Positions 46,257 through 57,330 of a stretch of 64,000 bases of DNA are shown piece after piece. Position numbers and translations under genes: made by a program. Origin of the DNA: a virus. Its lineage: Duplodnaviria > Caudoviricetes. How positions within the stretch are numbered: the first letter of the stretch is position 1; each line of letters opens with the position of its first letter. Location of the stretch: IMG/VR virus record IMGVR_UViG_3300033121_001167, positions 1-64,000 of that record; one strand, written 5' to 3'. The notes under the pieces were generated by a model, which did not search any database, was not told where the DNA came from, and saw only the letters and a list, made by a program, of their open reading frames with translations.

Positions 46257-48797
46257 TTAAAAGAAATTACTTTGTTCTTGCAATTGAACTGTGCCGAATC
46301 CCAAATCCTTCCAAATAGTATCCAATTTACTAATTAGTGTGTTATTGAAGACTTTTTCCTTATCAATGAATCGCTCCACAAATTCTAAAATTTCTGGCGG
46401 ATCGTCATATCCTCGTATTGCCATCGTTTCAAACCCGTATGGATTTTGCCGCATATAAGCATATAAGATTTTATCGCCATCATCAAATGGTGGCAATGAT
46501 TCAATTTTATGCAATTCAAGCAATTTATTGTAATTTTGAGCCGATTTTATGTGGATTGGTGTTCCTTTTTGCCCATGACTGTATTTACTTATCTCTTTAA
46601 CGGATGTGGGTAACATAATATCAGCCAACGGACTTTTGGTATAAATTGATTTGAAATCCTGCACTTTTTTATTCAAATCACTGACTGTCATATCATGCAG
46701 AATGTCAACGATCAATTCCTTCATCAATTTACGAAATGCTTTTGGAAATGATGAACGGACTACATCAAATCCTTTAATGTCGGGTTCCTCAACCGGAACT
46801 CCCTTCTTGTTTATAATCCACATTGCGTACCGTTTCTTGGCTTGTCCCCAAAATGCCGATTTTGCAATGACTTCTTGTTTGATGTTCAAGTAATGCGTAT
46901 CAACATTATGAAGTTTTTTAGCATACACATCATAGGATTTATTGATAAATGTTTGAATTTCAGTTGCAAATTTTAAAGTTCTTGATACGAGTTCATGTTC
47001 CTCGTCACCATCGTATTCAAGTCTGATGAGTGGTAATACAGGTAAAAATATACTATCAGTATCGCCCGCAATTACATAATCAACGCCCGATGTTTTAATT
47101 CGTGTATTGTAAAAATGATTCGCCCCACGAATTGAAAATTGAATTACGGATTGCCCAGTCAATGTTATACTTTCACCCACATCTTTATTGTAAAATCTAA
47201 ACGACGGGAGCAATAAAACTCCATAAAACGAGTTAAGCAAAATCTTTTGAATCAACTGCTTTTGATCGTAATATTTGTATTTCTCCATATCACCAGCAAT
47301 CCCATATTCTTCTGCAAGTTTACTCAGCCGCTTACGCTCATCAAACCACATTGTTAGGATTGACGGAAGAAGCCCTTGTTTTGATTTTGTGAACATTACA
47401 CCATTGCTGGCAATTGTGACATTTTTTTCTTGGATGTACAACCAAAAATTATCATGCCCCACTTCAATGATTTGATCTGGTTCGTCAAATGCCGTATTCT
47501 GTAAACTGGTATATATTTGTATTTTATATACTTTGCCAACCTTTTTTTCCCAATCCGCTTCGTTCCAGTTCAACACTTTACCAAACCTCGTTTCTGGACT
47601 CACATTTAAAGTTCTAATCAACGATGGATATAGTGAAGTTAAATCTTGGTCAATAACATATTTGTAAATACCGACCGTCGGCGGTTTGACCATTGCGCCT
47701 TCTGCCTGTGTCGCATCATTAGTATTTTCAGAACGAATTGCTATAAAATTATTTTTCTTACAATACGTCAATGCCGCACCATCCAGATATTTGGATGAAA
47801 ACGGATAATCATCATACGGAACGTGTCCTGCATGACAAATACCACGAGCAGTATCAATTAGATTTTTCTTCCTATCCAGTGAAACAATCAACTCAACATC
47901 ATTTACGTTATACTCAATGAATCCGTCAATATCATTTTCATACAATTCATCTAATGTTCCATCATACTTAAATTTACCACGTTTGAGTTCTTTTTGAGAA
48001 ATTGCCTCCAACGTATATGAACTTTCCTCGTTGTATGTAAATTTCTTATACAACTGGAGATAATCCATTTGTGCAATACCAGCAATGTTGACGACAATAT
48101 CCCGCTTCGTTACTTGTCGTTCTTCAGTTATCCCGATTGGACTTAATTTTCTGGCATAGTTTATACCCAAAACATTTTCAATCCTATTATGCAAATATGG
48201 TATATCGTACACGTCCCCATTCCATGAACTAACAAGATCTGGCTTAATTTTATTCCAATGCGAGACAAATGCCTGTAATAGTTCAGATTCTTTCCTGTAA
48301 ACTTTTACATAGACTTCAATTGTATTCTCAGTTTCAGTAACTTTTATCTGTTTTTTACAATCAGTCAGTTTGCCCTTTTCATTAAGCAGTAGGCACACAT
48401 ACTTTTGATTTTTTGTATCGTAATATGCAATGGATGTAATTTTATTTTTTGCTTCCTTAGCGGTTGAATAACGAAGTCCTTTCTCTACCTCAATGTCAAA
48501 AAATAACACGGTCAAATTAACTGCGACATCATCCGTTTCATAATACCGATCAATCAAAGTGCGAGTTGAAACTGGAACATCATGTTCAAATACCATCCCC
48601 GCTTTTTCCGCCTCTTTACCCCAACTTGTAACTTTTTTAACTTTTAGTCCAGTTAATGTAGTGTGTTCTCCTTTTGAATCAACAACATACGCATATTTCT
48701 TGTAATCAAAAACTTCATATTCTTTATCGTTATGCTTACCATCCGTCCATAAATGGATTTGGTTGGTTTTTCGGTCATAATAAAAGTTTTTATACAT
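46257..48797 (-). CDS. DNA polymerase family B with 3'-5' exonuclease
   Basis: FFDIEV, WNGDVYDIPY, DLTSLYPS, KILLNSFYG, AGDTDS, KKRYA. Confidence 0.97.
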   Translation of the reverse strand: MYKNFYYDRKTNQIHLWTDGKHNDKEYEVFDYKKYAYVVDSKGEHTTLTGLKVKKVTSWGKEAEKAGMVFEHDVPVSTRTLIDRYYETDDVAVNLTVLFFDIEVEKGLRYSTAKEAKNKITSIAYYDTKNQKYVCLLLNEKGKLTDCKKQIKVTETENTIEVYVKVYRKESELLQAFVSHWNKIKPDLVSSWNGDVYDIPYLHNRIENVLGINYARKLSPIGITEERQVTKRDIVVNIAGIAQMDYLQLYKKFTYNEESSYTLEAISQKELKRGKFKYDGTLDELYENDIDGFIEYNVNDVELIVSLDRKKNLIDTARGICHAGHVPYDDYPFSSKYLDGAALTYCKKNNFIAIRSENTNDATQAEGAMVKPPTVGIYKYVIDQDLTSLYPSLIRTLNVSPETRFGKVLNWNEADWEKKVGKVYKIQIYTSLQNTAFDEPDQIIEVGHDNFWLYIQEKNVTIASNGVMFTKSKQGLLPSILTMWFDERKRLSKLAEEYGIAGDMEKYKYYDQKQLIQKILLNSFYGVLLLPSFRFYNKDVGESITLTGQSVIQFSIRGANHFYNTRIKTSGVDYVIAGDTDSIFLPVLPLIRLEYDGDEEHELVSRTLKFATEIQTFINKSYDVYAKKLHNVDTHYLNIKQEVIAKSAFWGQAKKRYAMWIINKKGVPVEEPDIKGFDVVRSSFPKAFRKLMKELIVDILHDMTVSDLNKKVQDFKSIYTKSPLADIMLPTSVKEISKYSHGQKGTPIHIKSAQNYNKLLELHKIESLPPFDDGDKILYAYMRQNPYGFETMAIRGYDDPPEILEFVERFIDKEKVFNNTLISKLDTIWKDLGFGTVQLQEQSNFF

Positions 48798-48800
48798 ATT

Positions 48801-50372
48801 TTAAAAAAAATCAGTACGTTCAACTGAAATGTTATTTTCCGGTTTAATTTCTCGGTTTAGCACATATTTACTATACAATTGTCCTCTATTCTCCTTTGCG
48901 TGTAAAATACGCGCATTTGCAATATCACAATATTCTGGACTAATTTCAGTACCGACACAAGGAATTTCTAAAATTTCACATGCCATTGGAATTGATCCCG
49001 ACCCCACAAACGGATCAAAGAATAATTGAGGGTTTGGAGTCTTGAATAACTGTAAAATTTTAAGACACAAAGACAGTGGTTTTACTGTCGGATGTATATT
49101 TGCAACTTTAGTGCGTCGTTGTTGTTGTTCAGAATCATGTACTGATTTACACCCACAGGTATAATAGTTAGACCCCGATGGGAGACTTTTGTCGTGGATT
49201 GGGCATCTCGGTAAAGTATCGCCTAATCCTGATCCAGATGTTAATATTTTGTTGTGAGTCTCAAATTTACTCATTCCGAGATCACGTTCCGATTTGCTAA
49301 CTTTTGGGCAATAAATATACAAATCATAATCTTCTGAATCATAATCACATTTATGCAAAATTTTTGAACATCCTCCTATATCACCGTATGTTCTTCCAGC
49401 AGGTTCTCCAGTACTTTCGGACCAAATTCCACCAGATTTAGAACCTTCTCCTGTGTATTCTTGTACTTTTTTAAGTCCACTTTGCGAATCCAGCAATTCG
49501 GAGGCTTCGGAATTTACGAATGTTTGGGCCGGAAATCTGCCGTCTGGAGCAGTATATTCTAAAACTGAATTTCCCGACTGAAACCATGATTTATTGTTAC
49601 TTCCAGTTCTATTTCCAGAATAACTGCCTCCCTTATTCAACCGATCATCATCTGGCAATGTAACTCTGGACGAATCAATATTCAACGCGCCACACAAACA
49701 ATCCATATCTCCATTTTCATACGCCAATGTGTCGTGCAGACACGATCCCGTTTTGTATGGCTTTTGGAAAACCATAATTGTTTCATTTGTTTGTTTTAAT
49801 GGGGAGATGGAGTATTTAAATCCGCCGTATTTTTGGGCTAATTTATGTGAGCCAATCGCTTTATAATTAATTACCGGGTCAGTATTTGAAAATGTTCTAC
49901 CATCGGTATATCCATTACCATCATCTATTGTAGATATATTTCGTGTGCCAGTTATAGACGATGCCCCAACCACTTCCCGTTCCTCTCCAAAATGCTTATC
50001 CAAATTTTTACTTAAATCAGATGACTTTGGAAAGGAAGATGCAAAATACCAATACAAACTTTGTTGTTCATTAAATCCCGCCAAACACGCATAATATTTA
50101 TTCAACATGACTTGGCGATCCATGCCAAACATAACAACCCGGCCGCCATGTTTTAATATACGATGTGCCTCTATAAACCATTCTTCCCAAAATTTGCCGT
50201 CCGGTTGGCCCCATTTATTCATAAAATCAACCGCTTTTTTATAATCTGGCTTTCCGTCTTCTCGGATAATCACCTCACTTCCAAGTGCATACGGAGGATC
50301 GGTAAAAATAACGTCAACCGAATTTGATTTCATCGTTTTCATCCGGTCAATGCAGTTTATGGTTTCTATCAT
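48801..50372 (-). CDS. DNA N6/N4-methyltransferase (beta class)
   Basis: FTDPPY, HPTVKP, DPFVGSGS. Confidence 0.93.
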   Translation of the reverse strand: MIETINCIDRMKTMKSNSVDVIFTDPPYALGSEVIIREDGKPDYKKAVDFMNKWGQPDGKFWEEWFIEAHRILKHGGRVVMFGMDRQVMLNKYYACLAGFNEQQSLYWYFASSFPKSSDLSKNLDKHFGEEREVVGASSITGTRNISTIDDGNGYTDGRTFSNTDPVINYKAIGSHKLAQKYGGFKYSISPLKQTNETIMVFQKPYKTGSCLHDTLAYENGDMDCLCGALNIDSSRVTLPDDDRLNKGGSYSGNRTGSNNKSWFQSGNSVLEYTAPDGRFPAQTFVNSEASELLDSQSGLKKVQEYTGEGSKSGGIWSESTGEPAGRTYGDIGGCSKILHKCDYDSEDYDLYIYCPKVSKSERDLGMSKFETHNKILTSGSGLGDTLPRCPIHDKSLPSGSNYYTCGCKSVHDSEQQQRRTKVANIHPTVKPLSLCLKILQLFKTPNPQLFFDPFVGSGSIPMACEILEIPCVGTEISPEYCDIANARILHAKENRGQLYSKYVLNREIKPENNISVERTDFF

Positions 50373-51593
50373 TCAATAAAATTTATGAACATTATATAAA
50401 AATGGAGCAATTCTCTTTTTTGCAATATCTATATATTCTGGATTTATTTCAAACCCGATGAAGTTTCGTCCATGTTTTAAAGCAACTAATGCAGTTGTAC
50501 CCGACCCCATAAATGGGTCAATTACAACAGAAGGAATCGTGTCGGAAGTTTCACATTTGCATGTTTGTTCCCACCCAACACACTTAAATTGTTGCACTGT
50601 GTCCGTTAAAAATGAAGATGTTTTTCCATGTCTTCCTTTTGACTGCTCTAATTTGTGATAATCTCTTGATCCGGGTGCCCACGATACGTTTAAGTCGTCA
50701 GTTTTTTCAAAAATTCGCTGATACGGCTTTCCGCATTCTACACAACATCCATACTCAGGTGTACCCGTTTTTATACAGGGCTCTACTAAGGCTTCCGGGT
50801 ATCCCGCTACATGTTGTCCATTTGCTCCAGGCTGCAAATTGATTCTCCAAACATTACGCATGTTTGCCATCCCATGTCCAACAGCCTTGAGATTTCCATT
50901 TGTTTTTCTCCCTCCGTTTGCTTTGAATGATCCGATTTGTTGTGCAACGTCCTGTGATAATCTTCCAACCGAACTTTCGGATATTGGTTCTTTGACGGAA
51001 AATTGGTCAAAATAATATGTATCGTTTTTCGTCAACATGAACACATATTCAAAACTTCTACTAAATCTGTCAGTACAAGATTCTGGCATCGCGCTACCTT
51101 CCCTAACTTGTCCGCTTGTAGCCTTAGCCCAAATTATTGTATCCCTATGATACCATCCAGAATCTGATAATGCCATCACTAACCGATGTGGAACATTCAT
51201 CAATTCTTTTCGCTTCATTCCGGTAGGAATATACCCACTGTTTGGAATTATTCCAGATGAACACCCATTGGTTCCGGACTTACTATTCCACACAGAATCG
51301 TGTATTTCTCCAGATTTATTTCGCCCCTTGTTACTGCCAGCGTAACTATCTCCGATGTTGAGATATAGTACACCAGTAGGTTTCAAACACCTACGAATTT
51401 CGTTAAATATAGATACTAAATTAACGATATAGTCTTGAAGTGTTTCTTCTTTTCCTATTTCGCGTAAATTATCGTGAGTATATGAGCGGAGTCCAAAATA
51501 CGGAGGACTCGTGACACAGCAATCAATTGAATTGTCGGGGAGTTTTTTCAATCCTTCCAAACAATCTTCGTTATAAATAATATTTATATCCAT
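50373..51593 (-). CDS. DNA N4/N6-methyltransferase (beta class)
   Basis: [21 protein letters not shown]. Confidence 0.95.
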   Translation of the reverse strand: MDINIIYNEDCLEGLKKLPDNSIDCCVTSPPYFGLRSYTHDNLREIGKEETLQDYIVNLVSIFNEIRRCLKPTGVLYLNIGDSYAGSNKGRNKSGEIHDSVWNSKSGTNGCSSGIIPNSGYIPTGMKRKELMNVPHRLVMALSDSGWYHRDTIIWAKATSGQVREGSAMPESCTDRFSRSFEYVFMLTKNDTYYFDQFSVKEPISESSVGRLSQDVAQQIGSFKANGGRKTNGNLKAVGHGMANMRNVWRINLQPGANGQHVAGYPEALVEPCIKTGTPEYGCCVECGKPYQRIFEKTDDLNVSWAPGSRDYHKLEQSKGRHGKTSSFLTDTVQQFKCVGWEQTCKCETSDTIPSVVIDPFMGSGTTALVALKHGRNFIGFEINPEYIDIAKKRIAPFLYNVHKFY

Positions 51594-51982
51594 ATAATTT
51601 TTAGGGGCAATCCAAATTTTTGTGCAGTGTCAATCATGTTTTTACTTCCCAGAGAACCTGTGGTGAATACGATACAGTGGGTTGAATTTTTCGCCATTTC
51701 TGTATTTCTAAACGGTCCTGCTCGTTTTCCATGTTTATCCCAATCCGGTATAAATCGTTCTACCTTTAATTTAAACTGCTCAGCAAATCGCTCTCCCAAT
51801 TTATCTGCACCATTGGCAGTTCCAGAAATAATCGTCACATCTTTAAATTTTATCATTGCTTCTATGTTCTCAGATATTGGCAAATCTGGATCAAACAACT
51901 GGCTGTAAACAAAGGATATGACTTCTTTTCTCAATAAGTCATAATCATCAAATGTGCGACTCCCTGCTATAATTAAGCGCAT
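51584..51982 (-). CDS. DUF2493 (SLOG) protein
   Basis: [31 protein letters not shown]. Confidence 0.9.
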   Translation of the reverse strand: MRLIIAGSRTFDDYDLLRKEVISFVYSQLFDPDLPISENIEAMIKFKDVTIISGTANGADKLGERFAEQFKLKVERFIPDWDKHGKRAGPFRNTEMAKNSTHCIVFTTGSLGSKNMIDTAQKFGLPLKIIWI

Positions 51983-52559
51983 TATATAAACTCGGCTTCA
52001 ATTTGTAAATTAAATTGTGAATATAATCCAGTGTTTTTGATCTTGAAGACATCAAACTAAACCCAAAATCAAGCAACATCTTTTTGACTGTGATGGTTTG
52101 AGTGCTACGGGTATGAGCAAATTTACGATTAGCCATTTGTCGTTCCAACTCGTCACCAAGTTTTGGACTTTGACCATACACCATAAATTCTAAATTTATT
52201 GCACTACTCCACACCGCCACAACACTATAAACTCGCGGATCTTTGAAATAAGTGGCTTTTTCTGGTGTAGTATCATTCCACGTTCCTGCCCACGTTTTTG
52301 ACGTGATTGAACATTGTTTAATCTCCAGAAATTTATCTTCTGTTGAGTGTTTTGCATCAAATCCATGTTTACCCCAATTTATTAACGAATAACCAAGTTC
52401 ATTGGCAACAATTGCGTCTCGCAATGTACCAATTGTGGTGTCAGTGTCGGTTAAATTAAATTGATGCTGAAATTTTGATAATTTATTTAGTGCGTAAGTT
52501 CCATTACTTACAAATTCATGTGTTATGGGGACAAATTCCCCACGTTGAAAATAGTCCAT
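51948..52559 (-). CDS. PD-(D/E)XK restriction-endonuclease-like protein
   Basis: HGFDAK...FLEIKQ spacing; lies near two MTases. Confidence 0.55.
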   Translation of the reverse strand: MDYFQRGEFVPITHEFVSNGTYALNKLSKFQHQFNLTDTDTTIGTLRDAIVANELGYSLINWGKHGFDAKHSTEDKFLEIKQCSITSKTWAGTWNDTTPEKATYFKDPRVYSVVAVWSSAINLEFMVYGQSPKLGDELERQMANRKFAHTRSTQTITVKKMLLDFGFSLMSSRSKTLDYIHNLIYKLKPSLYNALNYSRESHI

Positions 52560-52578
52560 TTAGTAGTTTTTGAGTTAA

Positions 52579-52923
52579 TTATCCTACGATCTCTATATCG
52601 TTGCTATAAGACCGAATTAGCACACGGGTTTGCTTATAAAGACCGACCAATTCTGTTTTATCGGCAATCGCTAAATATTTGAAGTAATCTGGATTGTCTT
52701 TTGAATTTTTATAATCAAAACAAAAATCGTTTCGTCCCCAAGTTAGTGAAGTTGTAAACGTTTCCTCGGGATATTTTAGTTCAACCAATTTACAATGTAG
52801 TCCAGTAAACCCATTCAAATGAACTTTGAAAATGCCATCAAAATCGCAATTTTCGTTGTACATTTTAAATTTCATTCGTAGTAAACAGCCATCAGTTATT
52901 TCGTTGCCATTTTTATCCAACAT
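52579..52923 (-). CDS. Hypothetical protein with YopX-like start
   Basis: DKNGNEITDG. Confidence 0.55.
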   Translation of the reverse strand: MLDKNGNEITDGCLLRMKFKMYNENCDFDGIFKVHLNGFTGLHCKLVELKYPEETFTTSLTWGRNDFCFDYKNSKDNPDYFKYLAIADKTELVGLYKQTRVLIRSYSNDIEIVG

Positions 52924-53239
52924 TTTTCAATTTGTTTTCAATTTTAACTAACGAAGCCAGCAATCGTTTATACTCATCCCGGGTTGATTTCATACTGTCA
53001 ACTGCATTTGCATTTTTTTTACACTCCAGTATCATATCGTAAACTGCTTTTGCAGTCAACGGCTCAATTTGTTTTCCTTCAAGTTCTTGATTAACTAAAT
53101 TAAGATATGAATAAATTGCATTATAGTCTCGATCAAATGCTGTGACACATTGGTCAAATGTTCCAGTCATTTCCAAAAGTTTAGATTCAAAATGTTCTCT
53201 CGCATATGGACGATATTTATTTTCTATCAATAAAATCAT
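52913..53239 (-). CDS. Hypothetical protein, 108 aa
   Basis: Co-oriented ORF. Confidence 0.55.
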   Translation of the reverse strand: MILLIENKYRPYAREHFESKLLEMTGTFDQCVTAFDRDYNAIYSYLNLVNQELEGKQIEPLTAKAVYDMILECKKNANAVDSMKSTRDEYKRLLASLVKIENKLKNVG

Positions 53240-53456
53240 TTATTCTTTTGTTGAATTTTTTATATAACCGCCAATATGGTTCATCCGAGAGATATTCAAG
53301 CGAGTATTCACATAAACTATACCCGAATTCAATACGTTCACCATTTTTAAAAAAGTCTTGCAACGTAAGACCAGTCAGTTTGAAAAGTTGAGAGTCAAAG
53401 TACTCCAGTGCATCTGGAGCGCATTCATCTTCAACCAATAAAAGTTGTTTTACCAT
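53217..53456 (-). CDS. Hypothetical protein, 79 aa
   Basis: Co-oriented ORF. Confidence 0.5.
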   Translation of the reverse strand: MVKQLLLVEDECAPDALEYFDSQLFKLTGLTLQDFFKNGERIEFGYSLCEYSLEYLSDEPYWRLYKKFNKRINDFIDRK

Positions 53457-53770
53457 GATACTGAAATTAGATAATTTCCTTCCTCAATTAGACCCTTTGT
53501 GCAAAGGGCATCCAATATTGGACGGATGGTATATGAATTTGTATCGAACGGTTTACCATCAATCAAGTCTTGAATTGGTTTAACCTGTTCAGGGGATTTC
53601 ATTTTAGAAATTGGCATAATTGAACGATAGTCATAACAACTGTCGTTATTCCATTCCATCTCAACAACAATTTCATAATCCGCTAATTGTGGGAATGTTT
53701 TTTGGATTAAGTTTTCCAATTCCCAAAAATCAATGTAGATTATTTCAAATTTTTCATGTTTAAGATTCAT
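53450..53770 (-). CDS. Hypothetical protein, 106 aa
   Basis: Co-oriented ORF. Confidence 0.6.
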   Translation of the reverse strand: MNLKHEKFEIIYIDFWELENLIQKTFPQLADYEIVVEMEWNNDSCYDYRSIMPISKMKSPEQVKPIQDLIDGKPFDTNSYTIRPILDALCTKGLIEEGNYLISVSW

Positions 53771-54079
53771 ACGGAACTATAAATTAATTTTTGGTAGTTT
53801 ACTTAATGTTTGATTATTGCTCCTGCCCCATTGTAGGTCCGATGATACTGCGACGACCTTTCTTTCGTATTCGGCAATTATTTTTCTTGACATACTTCAA
53901 AACCCTTAATGCGGCTGGACTAACCTGTGGTTGATTCATACGTTATACAGTTTAGAATTTTTTTATTTTTTCGTTGAATTTATTTATCTGTGCGTCTATT
54001 ATGCGGCCATATTTTATAGACCGATATAACGCATACAGTGAAAGGAGGAATCCGAGAGTAGAAAGTATCATAAAATTTA

Positions 54080-54331
54080 TTAAAAAAATGTATTGATATG
54101 TGGTTCAATCTTAATAGTTAATCCGTATGTCCTATACTTTTCTCTAAACATTTTACGGTCATCGGACGGATTATAATAATTTTCGTTATTAATTTTCTTG
54201 TATATTTTTTTATCAGCAGTATCCATAGCAAGCATTTGTTTAGATTTCAATGCCGATAAATATTTTTCCACATCCGGCGCGCTACCAATGAACGATTCAG
54301 TTACAAATCCAGTTACAATTACTTTAAACAT
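54080..54331 (-). CDS. Hypothetical protein, 83 aa
   Basis: Co-oriented ORF. Confidence 0.55.
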   Translation of the reverse strand: MFKVIVTGFVTESFIGSAPDVEKYLSALKSKQMLAMDTADKKIYKKINNENYYNPSDDRKMFREKYRTYGLTIKIEPHINTFF

Positions 54332-54785
54332 TATACAATTTAGAATTTTTCAATGAATTGCAAAACTCATCCATGTCATGGATTGGGTTGCCATAATATT
54401 TATGAAATCCGGTCTTAGCCTTTAAAGGATTTTTTAACCGTTCCTCAATCCGCAACCGAACTTCAATTGTATCACGGAAAGAAGGCTTCCAATCCTGTCT
54501 CATAATAGGGCTAAACTCCTCCACGTTCAACGATGTGGTAGGATTGAAGCCTCTACGTCGCATTTCCTCATTAACCGATTGTAGGCGATTTTTTAGGTAT
54601 TGTAAGCGAGGCTTGAAAAAATTTATATGACCAGTACCTAAAGTGAATTGGTTGGGTACTTTGCCTTTAATAATTCCCCCATCTTTTCGCAATGCACCAC
54701 TTATCATGGTGATTTCAACTGACTCGGCGATTAAATGTTGATCGGATAGGTATTGAGGATTACAACCTACATTAATCCTTGACAT
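54324..54785 (-). CDS. denV: Pyrimidine-dimer DNA glycosylase (T4 endonuclease V-like; start re-called at MSRINV)
   Basis: SRINV...LSDQHLIAE, FTLGTGHINFF, EMRRRGF. Confidence 0.9.
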   Translation of the reverse strand: MSRINVGCNPQYLSDQHLIAESVEITMISGALRKDGGIIKGKVPNQFTLGTGHINFFKPRLQYLKNRLQSVNEEMRRRGFNPTTSLNVEEFSPIMRQDWKPSFRDTIEVRLRIEERLKNPLKAKTGFHKYYGNPIHDMDEFCNSLKNSKLYNV

Positions 54786-54800
54786 AAAATATATTTTTTG

Positions 54801-54832
54801 CAAAGATACGACAATTTTTGGAATTTTGCAAG
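54801..54832 (-). promoter_or_regulatory. Bacteroidota-type promoter of denV
   Basis: CTTG-N20-TATCTTTG. Confidence 0.65.
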
Positions 54833-54836
54833 CACA

Positions 54837-55286
54837 TTAACATCCAGTTGATCCAAACCCATTTTCAGAGCGAATGGTTGGAGTTAATTTGTCAATTTGG
54901 GTAAAATTGACTTGGTGGACTGGTTCAAAATATAATTGTCCAATCCGGTCCCCCACTTTAAACGGAAAGGGATCATATCTGATCCAATCATCATATAAAT
55001 AACTCGGAATTGCCCTAAACCTAAATTGTAGTTCTCCTCTGTAATCACAATCAATCTGACCGGGACTATTTTGAACTAACCACTTGTATTTTGTGAAACT
55101 ACTGCGGGGAACTAAAACACCTTTCCACCCAACCGGAATTTCAAGTGCGAATCCAAGATATGCAACAAAAAAATCATCGCTAATTCGTTCAATTCTATCA
55201 CAAAAAACGTCAAAACACGCATCATTTTCATGTTGTTTTTGCGGAATTTGAGCAGTAGGACTCAGTTTAAGAATTTTTATGTTCAT
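54837..55286 (-). CDS. dut: Trimeric dUTPase
   Basis: PRSS, GQIDCDYRGE, DRIGQL, RSENGFGSTG. Confidence 0.95.
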   Translation of the reverse strand: MNIKILKLSPTAQIPQKQHENDACFDVFCDRIERISDDFFVAYLGFALEIPVGWKGVLVPRSSFTKYKWLVQNSPGQIDCDYRGELQFRFRAIPSYLYDDWIRYDPFPFKVGDRIGQLYFEPVHQVNFTQIDKLTPTIRSENGFGSTGC

Positions 55287-55635
55287 TTTGATTTATAAGT
55301 TTAACGAGATTTACAATAGCAACAAATGCTACCGGACGATCACATTCAATACATGCAGTGCCAAATTGATCTAAGTAGGATGAACCTACCCAATGAGTAT
55401 CATTAGTTAAATTATCGCAATATATTAAAATTTTACGATAAACGTCCATCAACCATTGCCAATCCACTGGCAAATCTTTATGGGTTCTCCATTTTTTGCA
55501 ACCCAACATGAAACTGGTATTCGGATTTATCCAACCCGATACTTTAATTCCATTTTTTATATATGGAGAAGTCCACGGAAAATATTGGTATCCCATAAAT
55601 TTAGCCAATAATTTCTTATCTTCTATATCGTACAT
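55267..55635 (-). CDS. Hypothetical protein, 122 aa
   Basis: Co-oriented ORF. Confidence 0.6.
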   Translation of the reverse strand: MYDIEDKKLLAKFMGYQYFPWTSPYIKNGIKVSGWINPNTSFMLGCKKWRTHKDLPVDWQWLMDVYRKILIYCDNLTNDTHWVGSSYLDQFGTACIECDRPVAFVAIVNLVKLINQNEHKNS

Positions 55636-55638
55636 ACG

Positions 55639-55953
55639 TTAAAAAATTTCTTGATTGCCCTTTAAAACTTGATAAAAACAACCTTGCCCGGTAAAGCATT
55701 TTAGAATGTATCCATGCAATTCATAAGCATATAGTATAAATGCTTCGTCCTGATAAGTTACATCATTTCCGTATTCTTTGAAATATTGGATGACGCACTC
55801 AAACAAAATTGAATTTCCCTCAATACCTTTGTCATACAGTTTGGATTGATATTTTTCCTCCCACAGCAAAAATCGCTCAAATACTTCTCCAGCATTTGAA
55901 AGTGGAATTGTGTCCAGATAATCCAAAAACCGTTCATACTGCTTATTTGTCAT
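55639..55953 (-). CDS. Hypothetical protein, 104 aa
   Basis: Co-oriented ORF. Confidence 0.6.
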   Translation of the reverse strand: MTNKQYERFLDYLDTIPLSNAGEVFERFLLWEEKYQSKLYDKGIEGNSILFECVIQYFKEYGNDVTYQDEAFILYAYELHGYILKCFTGQGCFYQVLKGNQEIF

Positions 55954-56284
55954 ATTTTTCTCGTTTTTTCAATTCATTAAACAAATCTTGGATTTGGCCG
56001 TCTTCAGTCAGCCCGACATATTTTCGCAGATACTCCGCAACTGGAACTGACTTTTTCAACTTCGTGTAATAGTCAACCGTCAATTTATTCAATGAGTTGA
56101 TTATATGCGAGGTTTCCATATTTTCAATTAACAATAGTCCGGAAGTTGCTGATGCGTAATATCCACTTGGAATACCACCCGATATTTGACTTGCGTCAAT
56201 CGTCTCTTTTGCCAATTTCGCGTAATCAAGAATTTGTTGCCAAGTTCCAGCAAATTCAACGCCATTTTTAAATTTGTATTTCAT
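55943..56284 (-). CDS. Hypothetical protein, 113 aa
   Basis: Co-oriented ORF. Confidence 0.6.
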   Translation of the reverse strand: MKYKFKNGVEFAGTWQQILDYAKLAKETIDASQISGGIPSGYYASATSGLLLIENMETSHIINSLNKLTVDYYTKLKKSVPVAEYLRKYVGLTEDGQIQDLFNELKKREKYDK

Positions 56285-56286
56285 GT

Positions 56287-57330
56287 TTAGTGTTTGTTTA
56301 ATTCGTAAAGAAATTTTGTACCAGCATCAAGATTTCTGGTATATGAATTGGATTGAATAAAAATATCGTACTTTCTTGCGCATTCCATATTTCTTGGACT
56401 GCGTGTTCCAGAGGTTCCAAACGGAAGGCCCATTTGTTCGCGGCACCAAGTTGTGTTGGTTATGGTTTCTCCAGTGAGTTTGTCAATAAAGAGTACTTCC
56501 TTGTTTGCCTGTATTTTTTCACTTTCAATAAACTGATAGTACCCTTTACCAGTCTTGTAATGCAATCCCATACTCTCAACAAATTCTTTAATTTTAACTG
56601 TATGAGTAACATTCACAACTTGAAAATTACCAAGCGTTTCAAAACTTACACTTACGGATTCTGGTTCAACGCCGTTCAGTTTGGCAAACATATTTGCCAG
56701 CGAAATGTTTGTTTTAAACTCGGGTTTGCTTTGTTGAAATTGATCCAGTGTATCGTTTTGTTTGTGGGCAATTCCCAGAATGTAGTCGGTAATGTGACTA
56801 AACTGGCTCAAATCCAATTTAATCCCACCAGACAATTTTGCCATTCCTTCATAAAAAGAAATTGCATGACGATTCCCAAGTGCTTGAATGGCATAGATTG
56901 GAATGTCCACCTCTCCAAGTTTTGTACTCTCCTCTTTCCAATCGTACATTTCTTGAACTCCCCCACTCCGATCTCCTTTACTGTGTGGAAGTTCATCCCC
57001 GATCATAACTGCAATTTTATCGGAAGTTCCCCACGAAAATGATTGAAGTTCGTGTAAGACATACGAATACGCTTCCTTCGCATCACCACCGCCATTACTT
57101 GAACCACGATTAATGAATTCAACAATTTTTTGCTTATCGTTTGTCAAATCTAATCTCTGAATCAAATCTCGGTCACAATAATCGTTATGGATGATGATAC
57201 CAACCCGCAATTCTGGAATTAATTTAAACAATTGGTCAACTAACTCTTTAATCTGCGACCGAACTTGTCGTCGGACGGATGACATACTTCCTGTGTCATC
57301 AAACGAAATTACCAAATCTAATGGTTTCAT
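56287..57330 (-). CDS. von Willebrand factor A domain protein
   Basis: MIDAS DDTGSM, GGGDAKEAY, IGDELPH. Confidence 0.9.
   Translation of the reverse strand: MKPLDLVISFDDTGSMSSVRRQVRSQIKELVDQLFKLIPELRVGIIIHNDYCDRDLIQRLDLTNDKQKIVEFINRGSSNGGGDAKEAYSYVLHELQSFSWGTSDKIAVMIGDELPHSKGDRSGGVQEMYDWKEESTKLGEVDIPIYAIQALGNRHAISFYEGMAKLSGGIKLDLSQFSHITDYILGIAHKQNDTLDQFQQSKPEFKTNISLANMFAKLNGVEPESVSVSFETLGNFQVVNVTHTVKIKEFVESMGLHYKTGKGYYQFIESEKIQANKEVLFIDKLTGETITNTTWCREQMGLPFGTSGTRSPRNMECARKYDIFIQSNSYTRNLDAGTKFLYELNKH

Noticed and set aside
46257-48797. Intein or split in PolB
   Set aside because: All polymerase motifs are contiguous in 846 aa with no Hint motifs.
51581-51588. Other TATAAATA matches as late promoters
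   Set aside because: They fall inside coding sequence and are expected by chance in AT-rich DNA.
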